Positions 30,301 through 39,686 of a stretch of 56,422 nt of DNA are shown piece after piece (position 1 is the first letter of the stretch; each line of letters begins with the position of its first letter). The position numbers and the translations under genes were made by a program. The DNA comes from a virus (Duplodnaviria > Caudoviricetes), in IMG/VR virus record IMGVR_UViG_3300025513_000008, positions 1-56,422 of that record. One strand, 5' to 3'. Below the pieces are notes generated by a model. It made no database searches and was not told the DNA's origin. It was given only the letters and a program-made list of their open reading frames with translations.

Positions 30301-33300
30301 GATGTACTAGTAGCATCAGTTTGTGTACTTGTTACAACTAATACTTGTGCATCATCACTAATATCAAAACTCTTGCTAAATTCTAATATGTTTTCAATAG
30401 GATCAAATACTGTTTCATCGTAGAACGCATTTGCAGTTAGATTTGGCAAGTAACCTAAGTAATCTACATCTGTAGTAATTTCTATCCAAGAGTTATTTGA
30501 GACGCTAGGAATTACTGCACCTACTGAAATATTTGTTAGTGCTTTCCATAGTGCATTATTTTGTACAACTATATTATCTTTCTTATATGAATAAGTGTTG
30601 TCAAATGTGCCGCGGAAATTTGAATCTTTGCCGTGCTTCCAACTAATTTTATTCCAATAAGTTGTATCAACTATAACATTTTGGGCAGCAGTTGTATTTT
30701 TAAGTGCAATATAGTAATCATCTTTATATACTACAATATCGCCTATTAAATATGCTATTAGTTGATATTCACCTTTAAATGCATCAGATAGTTTAGTGCC
30801 ATGACGGAATATTTCAATTGCGCCAGGTTGCCCTCTTCTGCCTGTACTATCAGTTTCACCGGAACTAGCAATACTATCACTAGCAACTAATAATGTATAA
30901 TAATTTCCAGTTTGCACTATTGCAACTTTAGAACCAAAATTTCTATTTGCTGCTCTGTACTCTGATGCAAATACAGTTTGGAATCTATAACTACCGTCGC
31001 GTAATTTTCTGTATATAGCAATTGCGCCTTCGTTTTCCATTGAAGGACTAGATCCTGTTTTTTCTGCAGGAATATTGTAGATTTGTATATAATCTTTATT
31101 CAAACTGTACGGAGGGTTTGGCAATCTCTGAATTCCTGATTCAATTGTTTCATCAAAGAACCAATATTCTTCGTCAACAATAGTTGGATTAGAAACAATG
31201 TCAAAATTACTTACATTTTCAAATACCACTAGTTTACCAATTAAAGAAGTTCCTAATACTATTTGGTTGTTTACATCTGAAATTGTACCAATTGTACGAG
31301 CAACATCTCCTGCTCTTAAATTCAAGTTTGCTCTTCTACGAATTTGGAAACGTCCAATATTTGTTTCTTGTGTCCAAGTTCCTGTAGTGCCATTTAAATT
31401 TGCAACAATCTTTACATAGACTCTAACACTAGTAAAGTTACGTTGCATAAACATTACTTCAGCACTACTGGTTGTAATTGAAGTTAGTGCTAGTCCGCCT
31501 TGGCCGTCTCTAGGAATTTGAACGTCTTCAAGAATGTCTCCCACTTGAGGTTCGAATGCAAATCCTTGGAAGTCAAATTCACTAAGGGTAAAGTCAATAT
31601 ATCCATCCCATAAGTCAACAACTGTTTGTTCTTTGTTTAAAATATTGTATGTAAATCCTGCACTAGCAACGTCAATAATTCTATTATTAAGATCATACAA
31701 TCTAAATTCAGCAGTAGACCCAATAGTTAAATTATCAGTAAACGATGTTCCTGCTCGGGCTACCCATTTGTTGCTAGGTAAATCTCTCTCAACTCCGTCA
31801 GCAGCGTCTTGATTTGCAGGGTCGCCGCGATATGATAACTGTTCAAGGTAGCTTGCTTGATTTCTGTTAGTTACATAAGCACCAATAACAGCTACAGTAT
31901 TTTGAATATTGTAGTAACGATTAAAGTCTCTTACCGATCCCTGTAGTCTAACATCTGCATAAACTAAGCCACGTCCAATATCATAATATGTACTATTATT
32001 TGAATACGTAGGCGTAGCAATCATCCAGAAGCCGTCAACCGCAGTTGTTGTGCTAAATGTTGACTCTTCAGTGTAACTCCCTACAAAGTCCAGTTCTTCT
32101 ATAAACAATTCTCCAGTAATATCAAAAACACCATTAGTGTTTTTAATATATATTACTGCACTATCGTTGCGGGTGCTAACATATGCTACTGTTGCACTAC
32201 CGGTATCTGTTGTTACAACATTGCCTATTATCGGCAATGTTACAAATGTCTCAACAAAAAATACATGGTCAATCTTTTCAATAATAGTGTGAGCTTGGCT
32301 TAAAAAATCTGCTGTAATTTGCGGTATTGCATTATCAAAAGGAAGATAGTTGTCTAATGTTGGATATGCAAAACTACGACGATTCCAGAACAAGTTTACC
32401 GTATCGCCAGCGGCTGTACCAATATACATGTCTTTAGGAGCACGCACTAATAGGTGACTAACTATGTTATTAGGTAATCCTAGATCGCCTGTAACTAATA
32501 AGGTTAATGTTGTACTATCAGCATCTGCTGCACTGGCAATGTTTACATAAGTATCAAATGTACTAAATGGTTGGTTAGCAATTTGAGGTAGTATTTGTCT
32601 GTTAGCTTTCCATAGACTTTCTCTATAACGTACAATATCATTTTTAATATACGCTGCATCTGGTTGGAAATCAAATGTACTTAATCCTGTATCAGCATCT
32701 GTTTTATATGATAGTCGAGTTTTAACATTGCTAGCTTGCGGAATACCTACAATAAGATACTCGCCGTCTGGCGATACTGCAATACTTTTTCCAAAAGCAG
32801 AATTATCACGAGTAAACAAGTCGTCATTTTCTATAATAATTTCTTGATCTAATAATAAATTTGAAACTTCCCTAGTTCTTCTGTATACTGATACTTTGCC
32901 GTTAGCATCATTAGGTGCCGACACAAAAACATTAGTGTTATTTTTTGTTATTGCAACACTATTACTAAAGCCCTGATCTGTGCTATCATACAACGACGGA
33001 TTTGTAATTGCTTGAGAATTTAAATAAACTGCGTTATTTTCTAATACTGCCCATTCGCTATTATAGGTATCAATCCATAATCGTTGTTTGCTATAAATGT
33101 CTTGATTAGTTGCAGCATTAATTTCAGTAACATTGCTAACTCTTATAGTTCTTAACTTAGATACTGTAAACTTTTCTTCTTCAAAGTCCGAGATGTCGTT
33201 AACTAATGGAACTCTTATTTGAACAGTATTAAGACTTATATTATCAATTTCGTACAATCCATTAATTGAATATTCTGTTGCTCCGCGAATACCAATATAG

Positions 33301-36300
33301 TCGCCTACTTCTAGTGTTCCAGCTGCCCACTTATCTAATGTTATTTCAACTAAGTTTAGTCCGTTGGTTGCTACACCTTGAATAAGCGTACTTACGCCAA
33401 GTGCATTTACGTTTGCTCGTACTAATTGCATTACTGTCCATGATTTATTATCTGTATCAGTTATCCAAATAGTATCACCTAATTTAATTTGGTTAGTGTC
33501 TACTGCTGACAGATCTATCATATTACCTACAACAAAATCAACATCGTCCGCATTTGTATAACCAGCAGTTTTAATATATTCTCTAGTTATTGTTTTAGTT
33601 GGAAACGGTGCGTGATTATATCCTGCAGGCTTATCAAATACTTCGTTTGGTAAAATTCTATAAACCTTATCAAAATTAGTTATAGGCAATGACATGACAA
33701 GTTCAACTGCTTGAGGAGACTCTTGCATTTTATCTTGTTTTAAATTGTATTCAACCTGTTGAACATCCTCAGTTGCTCCATAACGACCAACTTGTATTGC
33801 CCACTCTTCGTAGAACTCTAAATTATCAGTAGTATTACCAAGTGCATTAAACAACTTAGTAAACACATTCATTGTGCCCTTGTCTGCAATTGCACCTCTG
33901 TAGAATTTAAACTGACTTACATCATCATTAATAATGTTAGCAAGGTACTGGCGCTTTTGATAACCTATTAAATGCTGTGCCATTTTTTGCTGTTCAGTAT
34001 CAAAACTATCTGAATCTAAGTCGTAAAAATCAGTAAACTGTGTAACTCTATAATCAAAGTTAGTAATTAGTTGTGATACTGGTTTTTCGTTTAGTCGATA
34101 CCATAATGCAGAATCAAAGTTCTGTGATCCAGTAACATTACTAGTTGCAACATAATAATATTGTTTGTATTTTACAATATCACCAATAACATAATCTTTC
34201 CATTGTGCCCAGTCAGTATATTTTGCATCATCATAGACAAACCCCGGAATGTTTAGGCCGCCGTTCCAATTATCTGATCTATAACCGTTAACACGAATTC
34301 GTTCTTGTCTGTATCCAGTACTCGGATTGTAAATTGTATCATTAAAATCTGTTGTGTTGTCTAATAACACAACATGCTCTTTTTGTACTAATGGAAGCGA
34401 TACGTGATACAATCCCTCGTCGGTACCAACTGTTTGAATACCAAAACTATTTTGATCTCTTAATAGACTGTTAAATTCCGAAGATAAAAACTGTCCGTCG
34501 GCTTTAAAAATACTATAGCCGTAGAACTCGTCTTTAATGTTATCAACTACACAATAATCTCGTTGGAATTCTAATAAGTTTGCTGCTGGACTTAGTGCAA
34601 TTAACGAGTTATTTGCCCAACCTTGAGTTGTCCAGAATAGAAATTCTTTTGCACTTTGGTTCCAGTTTTCAACTGAATTAGTTCTGTCAATAACATTTTC
34701 AAAACTGAATCCAATTTCTTTTTGTCTTATACTATAACCTAAAATAAAGTCAACAACTTCTTGTGCAGTGTTAAGCCGACTGCCGTACTGTAAAGTTTTA
34801 AGTTCAACAGTGTCAAAATCTTTCTTAAACTGTGCGGTTCTGCCTCCGCTTACTGGAAGTGCAGGAAGCTTAACTATATCATTAGTATCAAATGATAGTG
34901 TAGTAGTAAAGGAATTAATTACTCTATAATATGCATTATTATGTTGTATTACTTCGCCGCTGATATAAGACGTGTTCGTTTCCCAAGGAGATACTTTTTC
35001 GGAAATACCGCCGACAGTAACTGTTGAAGATGTTGACCCTTCCCTAGCTGCATAATATTCAAAATACGGCTTTTCTAGATTATACCCTCTTATTACATAT
35101 CCTAGTTCGGTGCGTTCTGCAATAATACCACTAAACACTGCTAGTTCACTAGGACTACTTGTGTTTAAAAACACTTGATAATTTTCTTGAGGAACAAAAA
35201 TTCCATCTTGTGTAAGAGATTGCGCAGGTGATCTACTGTCAAGAATTATATTAAATTTTTCTTTACTTGTAAATCCAGCAATCTTAACACCTAGCTGATT
35301 ATTAATTGTAGCTAAATCAGTTTTGTATCCTTCGTATACTGTTAGAATATCACTTGCTACAAGGTTATAAATGTAATTTACTAAACCTGCTGTATTAGTT
35401 CTAACATCTGATTGATACGTATTTGGTAATGTTAAATCTTTAATAACTACTGGTTTATTTGTACCTATGTCTACCCATTGGTTAGCCAAGTTCTTTAGTA
35501 CTCTTGAAACGTCAAACCCTAATCCCATTGTTTTAGCAGGCTTGTTTAGTAACATTGCAGTTAGTATAGCAAATGGATAGTCTGAACTTCTGCGCCATGC
35601 ATTTTCAACTGGAGCGTAATCGCCAAATTTAAAGTTTCTAGTAGCACTTTGTATCTGGAAATTTCTAGTATACTTACTGTTCAACGGCGATAATAATTTA
35701 CCGTTACTATCAACTGGAATAAATCTAGTTAGACCAGGACGAGCATAATTTAAGTCAATTCTAGCATTTGCAGGATCTGCAATGCGGCCAATTTCTAGGT
35801 CTTTCCAAAGTACTAAGTTATCACCTGTATAAGGCGCAGGACCGTATACTGTATTCCACCAGCTTGGCTTAGTTGTTAAGCCTAACATTTCCCAAGGGTG
35901 ACTGTGCGGGCGATCTGTATCAAATGCTCTTACATACATTCCTCTCCAGAAGCCTGCGTTTTCATTGCCGTCTGGTGAAGTAGTGTCTGAATAATTAAAT
36001 GTCCAGTTGTTGTTTCTGTTGTAAAAAGTATTGTTAGTATATGTTTGATTGTTTAAATTTTCTTGTAACCACTTTTGAAAATCTCCAAGGAGTGAATTAT
36101 CAATTTCAATTTTTGTAAATTCGTTAGTTCTAAATTCGCCGCCCATGAATGCGTTGACATCTAATCTATCAGTTGAATACTGTGCCTTAATATTGTTAAA
36201 GATACGCTTTTCTAATTCTAACAGTAATTCGTCTCTAAAGTCTTTATATGCTTTAATGTAACTACCGTCGTGTCCTCTAATAAATGCAACACCAATTGGG

Positions 36301-39300
36301 TATTCATCAATTTCAATGTCATCATTGCCAGCAAGTGTCGCGCCTGTTGTAGGAATGTAAAATATTTTATTCATTCCTACAAAGGTGTAAGACTTTGAAG
36401 TTGCACCTGTGCCTGCTACACCCTTAGTTGTATAAACAGGATAGAACCAACCTCTAGTACCAGTAGCACTGTCTTCGCCGTAAACTTTAAACGGACCAGT
36501 AGATACTGGCTCGTCGGCCAGCACAGTATCGTCAATTGTTAATTCAGGATAATATTTTGGAAATAGTCCTAATTTTGTAGGAGTAGGTGCAATGAAGCTG
36601 CCGTCTGTGGTTGCATACTCGTGTATTTCAATTTTATCATCTTCTATTTGGCCGGCGTTGATTGATATATAACCTGCTACATTAAAGTTATAATCTTTAA
36701 TGTGTGTTAGCTGGATTCCATTTAAATAAACCGTTATGCTTGTTGAACTTAGAGTTAAAAGATTATAGGTAGTAGTGAGTGGATAATCTTGTACTCTTGA
36801 ATCTAATACTTTATATACAATTTTGTTAGACGATCCCGATGCAAGCATATCCGAAAAGTAAAACGGCTGTGACGTTACTTTATCACTATTAACAGTTTTT
36901 AAAATAAGGTCAACGTGCGTTTTAACTGGGCCGTCATATCCTAAACTAGCAGCAGTGTCTAAGAATGTTTTCTTAAATCTTGAATACTCTTTTTTAGAAT
37001 ACTTTAATGCTTTTACAATATTATAGCTTTTATTTGTTATGTGATATAACGGTAAATTTATTGGTCCACTGTGTTTAACAAATCTTTTACCATAACGAGC
37101 TAAGTCACCTAAATCACGTAGGTTGCTTGATCCAAGGTATGTTCCGATATAGCCAGGTATATCTTCCAGCATACTATCAACATGATCAATTACTTCACCT
37201 AATGTGAATTGATTAACATCGTCATTTAGCGGATTACGTTCTAAATTGTAGGGGAACTCATAATATCCATTAGAATTTTTAATAGTTTTACTATTTGTTT
37301 TAATTTTAATAACATCATTAATTGTTAAATTGCTATTAAAAACAATAACTGCATTTGGTTTAGTTTTATCAATTGTGTAATCAGTATTAACTAACTTTAA
37401 TTTGTTGTTTACAAATACTACTACTTTTATATCAGTTACACTGCTTGAATTTTTATAAACATCAATTTTAAAGTTATTAACTTGAATATCAGTTGCTGCG
37501 TATTCTCTTATAACATACTGCTTACTGATAGTAGGAGTGCTACTAAATCCGTTTACATAATTAAAAGAAGTAAGTGATTTAAACTTCTTTAAATAACCGC
37601 TGTTAATAGCTTGTGAAAATAAGTCTGTCTCGGTTTGATATGTAAAAGTATCGTTTAATAAATTAAAATCAAAGACAATATCGCCTGAATTTTCAATTGA
37701 TTTATAGCTTAACACAAATCCTAATTCAGTATCAAAGCGTGTTCCGTCGCCTACTGCATATGAAAATAATTTAGATCCTTTGAAAGTAGATGAACCGTAA
37801 TATGCTTCATCACTAAAACTATTTCCAGTTACATCAAATACTTCAAACATTGGTGCTTGATTACGTGTTGTTTTTTCTTGCGCAGCTACCCATTTGCCGC
37901 CTTGGTAGTGATAACTTTTTCCTGCATTTTTTACACCTTGTGTAACTAATACAGTTTCAAGATCAATAGGAGTAGTATCAATAGTTTCTACTAAACTAAT
38001 TTGCCTAGAATTATTAATTGTAACAAATTTAACTTGATAAATTTTACCGCTTACTAGTATATCAGTGTCGGCTGCAAACAAAATGCGCATGTTGTCAGCA
38101 AGATTAATTCCGTCAATATTATAACCTAGTTGGCCTTCAATTGTACTAAACACATCAGTAGTATATGTGTCAATTAAGTCAACATCAGTTTTAGCATATG
38201 CACCAAAATTATTTAATTTTAACCCTGCTTCAAATTCTATAATAGGGCGTTTAGCACGAGCCGATTCGTCAACATCTCTTGGAAGGTTATTGAAACGGAA
38301 ACTTTTTAAAATTACATCTTTGTGATGCCATCTATTATAACGACTCCAGGCATTTCTATCAGGCGATGCTCTGTTAACTATAATATAATCTTTTTCAGTT
38401 GCATAAGCACTTGCATCAGCAAATGGTAGTGTATCAAACTCATCGCTATCAAACGGAATAAGTTTATTATCGCTGTATGCTGCTGGAATAATTAAATCTT
38501 GATCTTTAATTAAAGTTATTTTAGTGCCAACGCCTTCAACATACCAATCATGAGTTTCATATGCAGCCGGTGTCACGTCGCCCTGGAATCTAATTTTCAT
38601 TCCGTTTGACAATTCTATACCGTTTGCACTTTTATATGTTTTCTTACCTAAAATATCTTCAGCTACATCTAAGAAGGCGTTTTCTTCGATGTCATAAATT
38701 TTAATAAGACCGCTAGTATCTACTGCGTTTTTGCTAACGTAATAAAGTTTGCCAGGTGCATTAAAAGGAATAGTAAATTGTATTGTGCCCTTTTCAATAT
38801 ATGCAATTGCAACTTCTTCGCCTTCTTCGCCTAGCTTACGGATGCCGTCTGGATATAATGTCGAAACGTTATCATCAGCAGCAAATGTTACGCTACCGCC
38901 GCTTGGAAGAATAATATATTCACCTTGGTCATATTCATTGCCGTAGAGTACTGCGTCAAATAATCCTACAGCGCGTAATCCTTCTGTTCCGGCTGTCAAA
39001 ATAGCAGTACCGGGAGTAAATGATCTACTGATAGCAATAGCCATCGGGTGGCCAGGAGTATCAATATCAAAGCGATATGTCTGGCCTCGGTATAATTTTA
39101 ATTTAGGATTACGTGTTAGACCGTCGTTAAATACATAAGCAACACTGTCGCCCTGATCTTCTACTGTAACAGCGTAAGTACTAACAACTTCTCTACTTTG
39201 ACCACTGACTGTAACACTTAGAGGACCGTTAGGTAACCAGTAATATTCACGGAAGTTTACAAATTTATCCCAGTCAATGTTAGGATTCCATGCATAGGTT

Positions 39301-39686
39301 TCCTGACTGTTTAGACGGCTATGATTATCAGTGTTTGCACCAAAGACGCCCAGCTGTCCTATATAATCATTGTAGTCTTTATAAAAAGTTACATTGTTAT
39401 AATTGTCTTTAATAACAGTAGCAGGTTCTAGTTGATAATTAGTTCTATCATTAGTTACATCATCGTTATAATTGTCCGATGTCTTATATGCCTTAGCTGT
39501 TGTTCTGCCGTAGTATCCATTGATTTTTTCAGCAACACCAGGTTGTATAAGTTGATCAAGTGTACCTTGTAAAAACTTTTTATTTGCTTGTGTTCTAAAG
39601 AACTTAGGTAAAAAGTCACTCGAAGTTATTTTGTTGTTCTGTCCTGGAACAGGTAGTGCGCTTTCGTTTTGGTCATTCTTAGCCAT
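24309..39686 (-). CDS. Giant (5125 aa) virion structural protein, probable baseplate wedge (gp7-like position)
   Basis: Uninterrupted 15.4-kb ORF coupled to gp6 (TAATG); FG-GAP-like repeats (FGKSIAVSPDGEYLIVG), ITxxGxGY repeats, several W/F-x4-Y-x2-G/N-D-IV-x-Y motifs, C-terminal GDG.T..F.L repeats. Confidence 0.8.
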   Translation of the reverse strand: MAKNDQNESALPVPGQNNKITSSDFLPKFFRTQANKKFLQGTLDQLIQPGVAEKINGYYGRTTAKAYKTSDNYNDDVTNDRTNYQLEPATVIKDNYNNVTFYKDYNDYIGQLGVFGANTDNHSRLNSQETYAWNPNIDWDKFVNFREYYWLPNGPLSVTVSGQSREVVSTYAVTVEDQGDSVAYVFNDGLTRNPKLKLYRGQTYRFDIDTPGHPMAIAISRSFTPGTAILTAGTEGLRAVGLFDAVLYGNEYDQGEYIILPSGGSVTFAADDNVSTLYPDGIRKLGEEGEEVAIAYIEKGTIQFTIPFNAPGKLYYVSKNAVDTSGLIKIYDIEENAFLDVAEDILGKKTYKSANGIELSNGMKIRFQGDVTPAAYETHDWYVEGVGTKITLIKDQDLIIPAAYSDNKLIPFDSDEFDTLPFADASAYATEKDYIIVNRASPDRNAWSRYNRWHHKDVILKSFRFNNLPRDVDESARAKRPIIEFEAGLKLNNFGAYAKTDVDLIDTYTTDVFSTIEGQLGYNIDGINLADNMRILFAADTDILVSGKIYQVKFVTINNSRQISLVETIDTTPIDLETVLVTQGVKNAGKSYHYQGGKWVAAQEKTTRNQAPMFEVFDVTGNSFSDEAYYGSSTFKGSKLFSYAVGDGTRFDTELGFVLSYKSIENSGDIVFDFNLLNDTFTYQTETDLFSQAINSGYLKKFKSLTSFNYVNGFSSTPTISKQYVIREYAATDIQVNNFKIDVYKNSSSVTDIKVVVFVNNKLKLVNTDYTIDKTKPNAVIVFNSNLTINDVIKIKTNSKTIKNSNGYYEFPYNLERNPLNDDVNQFTLGEVIDHVDSMLEDIPGYIGTYLGSSNLRDLGDLARYGKRFVKHSGPINLPLYHITNKSYNIVKALKYSKKEYSRFKKTFLDTAASLGYDGPVKTHVDLILKTVNSDKVTSQPFYFSDMLASGSSNKIVYKVLDSRVQDYPLTTTYNLLTLSSTSITVYLNGIQLTHIKDYNFNVAGYISINAGQIEDDKIEIHEYATTDGSFIAPTPTKLGLFPKYYPELTIDDTVLADEPVSTGPFKVYGEDSATGTRGWFYPVYTTKGVAGTGATSKSYTFVGMNKIFYIPTTGATLAGNDDIEIDEYPIGVAFIRGHDGSYIKAYKDFRDELLLELEKRIFNNIKAQYSTDRLDVNAFMGGEFRTNEFTKIEIDNSLLGDFQKWLQENLNNQTYTNNTFYNRNNNWTFNYSDTTSPDGNENAGFWRGMYVRAFDTDRPHSHPWEMLGLTTKPSWWNTVYGPAPYTGDNLVLWKDLEIGRIADPANARIDLNYARPGLTRFIPVDSNGKLLSPLNSKYTRNFQIQSATRNFKFGDYAPVENAWRRSSDYPFAILTAMLLNKPAKTMGLGFDVSRVLKNLANQWVDIGTNKPVVIKDLTLPNTYQSDVRTNTAGLVNYIYNLVASDILTVYEGYKTDLATINNQLGVKIAGFTSKEKFNIILDSRSPAQSLTQDGIFVPQENYQVFLNTSSPSELAVFSGIIAERTELGYVIRGYNLEKPYFEYYAAREGSTSSTVTVGGISEKVSPWETNTSYISGEVIQHNNAYYRVINSFTTTLSFDTNDIVKLPALPVSGGRTAQFKKDFDTVELKTLQYGSRLNTAQEVVDFILGYSIRQKEIGFSFENVIDRTNSVENWNQSAKEFLFWTTQGWANNSLIALSPAANLLEFQRDYCVVDNIKDEFYGYSIFKADGQFLSSEFNSLLRDQNSFGIQTVGTDEGLYHVSLPLVQKEHVVLLDNTTDFNDTIYNPSTGYRQERIRVNGYRSDNWNGGLNIPGFVYDDAKYTDWAQWKDYVIGDIVKYKQYYYVATSNVTGSQNFDSALWYRLNEKPVSQLITNFDYRVTQFTDFYDLDSDSFDTEQQKMAQHLIGYQKRQYLANIINDDVSQFKFYRGAIADKGTMNVFTKLFNALGNTTDNLEFYEEWAIQVGRYGATEDVQQVEYNLKQDKMQESPQAVELVMSLPITNFDKVYRILPNEVFDKPAGYNHAPFPTKTITREYIKTAGYTNADDVDFVVGNMIDLSAVDTNQIKLGDTIWITDTDNKSWTVMQLVRANVNALGVSTLIQGVATNGLNLVEITLDKWAAGTLEVGDYIGIRGATEYSINGLYEIDNISLNTVQIRVPLVNDISDFEEEKFTVSKLRTIRVSNVTEINAATNQDIYSKQRLWIDTYNSEWAVLENNAVYLNSQAITNPSLYDSTDQGFSNSVAITKNNTNVFVSAPNDANGKVSVYRRTREVSNLLLDQEIIIENDDLFTRDNSAFGKSIAVSPDGEYLIVGIPQASNVKTRLSYKTDADTGLSTFDFQPDAAYIKNDIVRYRESLWKANRQILPQIANQPFSTFDTYVNIASAADADSTTLTLLVTGDLGLPNNIVSHLLVRAPKDMYIGTAAGDTVNLFWNRRSFAYPTLDNYLPFDNAIPQITADFLSQAHTIIEKIDHVFFVETFVTLPIIGNVVTTDTGSATVAYVSTRNDSAVIYIKNTNGVFDITGELFIEELDFVGSYTEESTFSTTTAVDGFWMIATPTYSNNSTYYDIGRGLVYADVRLQGSVRDFNRYYNIQNTVAVIGAYVTNRNQASYLEQLSYRGDPANQDAADGVERDLPSNKWVARAGTSFTDNLTIGSTAEFRLYDLNNRIIDVASAGFTYNILNKEQTVVDLWDGYIDFTLSEFDFQGFAFEPQVGDILEDVQIPRDGQGGLALTSITTSSAEVMFMQRNFTSVRVYVKIVANLNGTTGTWTQETNIGRFQIRRRANLNLRAGDVARTIGTISDVNNQIVLGTSLIGKLVVFENVSNFDIVSNPTIVDEEYWFFDETIESGIQRLPNPPYSLNKDYIQIYNIPAEKTGSSPSMENEGAIAIYRKLRDGSYRFQTVFASEYRAANRNFGSKVAIVQTGNYYTLLVASDSIASSGETDSTGRRGQPGAIEIFRHGTKLSDAFKGEYQLIAYLIGDIVVYKDDYYIALKNTTAAQNVIVDTTYWNKISWKHGKDSNFRGTFDNTYSYKKDNIVVQNNALWKALTNISVGAVIPSVSNNSWIEITTDVDYLGYLPNLTANAFYDETVFDPIENILEFSKSFDISDDAQVLVVTSTQTDATSTSNTKLAIYRAIEDKFVLDQIITAPNNVDAWGDKVSMNPAGTQIAVSSMLNDSNKVNQGVVYVYTQTSGTFTLTQTLMPPNNEESEGFGFGLSYGTDNLVVSSLNGDQTIPTTFDVTAFNATEDTATTFDNQFTNFRNIKLDKGVVYVYENINNNLIYSEQFVYPLTQTTFGESIYTKNNHVYIGMPDQVNSDSKGILLDFRKNERKFAWSVISEGTTPVDVENMRGMFLYNKRENRIVSYIDYIDPVQGKIAGPADQEITFKTPFDPAVYNTGNTSDSSVDPNRAWTEKHVGQVWWNISSAKFAHAYQGSTTFQKNNWNKLTPGARIDVFEWIESNYIPSIWDSVADTPDGIAAGISGISLFGDARYSTKITYDNISKTFANRYYFWVINKITVPVMENRKLSIRDISALIENPRTQGYPFVSLLSNNKFVLNNFDTFIDSDDLVLNIKYSTGAKKTQNVHSQYKLISDGLSTSRPDPDIERKWFDSLIGFDDNNRIVPDPTISVKNRYGVQNRPRQSMFINKFEALKQTIERVNLKLIENLIVDEYNILPLMQQDSKPTLISQEYDLTTDTLSEIVFVSTNKISPAILTPVITNGRISRINITEPGRGYKVPPTFKINGSGTDAEFTISINNLGQLTSVTITNAGKGYDATTTISVRPVTVLVNADESIQNKWAMYSWNGNAWYRRKLQSYNVDGYWDYIDWYATGFNQFTNINNTIAGSYQLPSLANNIGNIVKIETVGSGGWLLLQKVDNQDTEDYTINYNTIGRQRGTIQFKDALYDYSKNTVGFDNRSFDSSFYDNNPSVELRIILETIRDYIFVGELEIEYNQLFMAALRYVMSEQPSVDWMFKTSFVKAKHNRESLNTQDITFNNDNLASYQDFVEEFKPYSTKVREFVSEYTSLELTNSSISDFDLPPAYNKTTGTIQPSNAIILNGQIINENLDTTTYPRKNWKDNHGYQITEIMLSDGGSGYTYEPIVRLTGGNGTGATAKAYLGYGKITSIKVTNPGSGYTSAPVVVISGSQLETGTLPTATAVLGNGLVRTPRVKIKFDRISGTLTFTSLAKTETFTGTGFESRFFLEWPMDLNIKKVKIYVDNILQLRSKYIFRNIENLDTTYVREQGKILFTTAPKLNSVVRIEYNIPLSMLNAADRINLAYTPIAGMYGNELSQLMTGVDYGGVEVRGFDFDGPAGFDTAGWYTDNWDEFDNTFEDEIFTADGSTIAVQLSAALETGVVYNLYKNGVRIDDTNFDAATPTNVNAITNSITGDGITDIIYVQDLGIELLDGDVFVVRKTTSDGSVIPDANSYDTALSGGNLAYTSARGIAAEEIIVDGDGFVTATTSSGPEELVPGQVLDTLDIKVYTRDSAGQGVINSQSYIMDGTLAYDLGVTPSSKDAIIVKVANVILPQTGYTIDWAENTITLTSATVGAELSIVSVAQGAQNILDFGQLIGDGSTTAFETTVDWIMGASVYASINGVQQTVSAFASDTTAKTVIRFDQVVATNAVINYTVFAADTEVNYSQITKDTFTGNGTDTVFTLAAAPLYAIPSEHNVIVKVDNAILNAGYNIQYTIPASNQREYALEIFQMPQGSLDVADVKVFVNSVEISTPTQWRFEIANSSITLADEIGVPGDLVEMYVITDGDYRINGTTVTLDTAPTNGAVVEVLQFTNHNLLGLERINYEVVARTTLIPEDVDYITYNRLTVGEITLRAPAVDAQYVWVSVNGELLTPSVDYYVTDDKLKVQLVRQPAANDVIDIIHFTAPVSKAKFAFRQFKDMLNRTHFKRLDIAPAKLAQALNYYDLRIELDDASELSEPNKGQNLPGVIFIAGERIEYFVKESNTLRQLRRGTLGTGVKNTYAVGTDVYDQNISKTVPYKDQTMVFNATADGATSVFEIGYPVTSINEIEVFVAGTRKRKTTLDVFNPLTALDSPEGDTTVTADFTFDVGTNSITLLTAPTENIRVTVVKKVGQSWTTNGVSLGDTENSIARFLRAGTSALPE

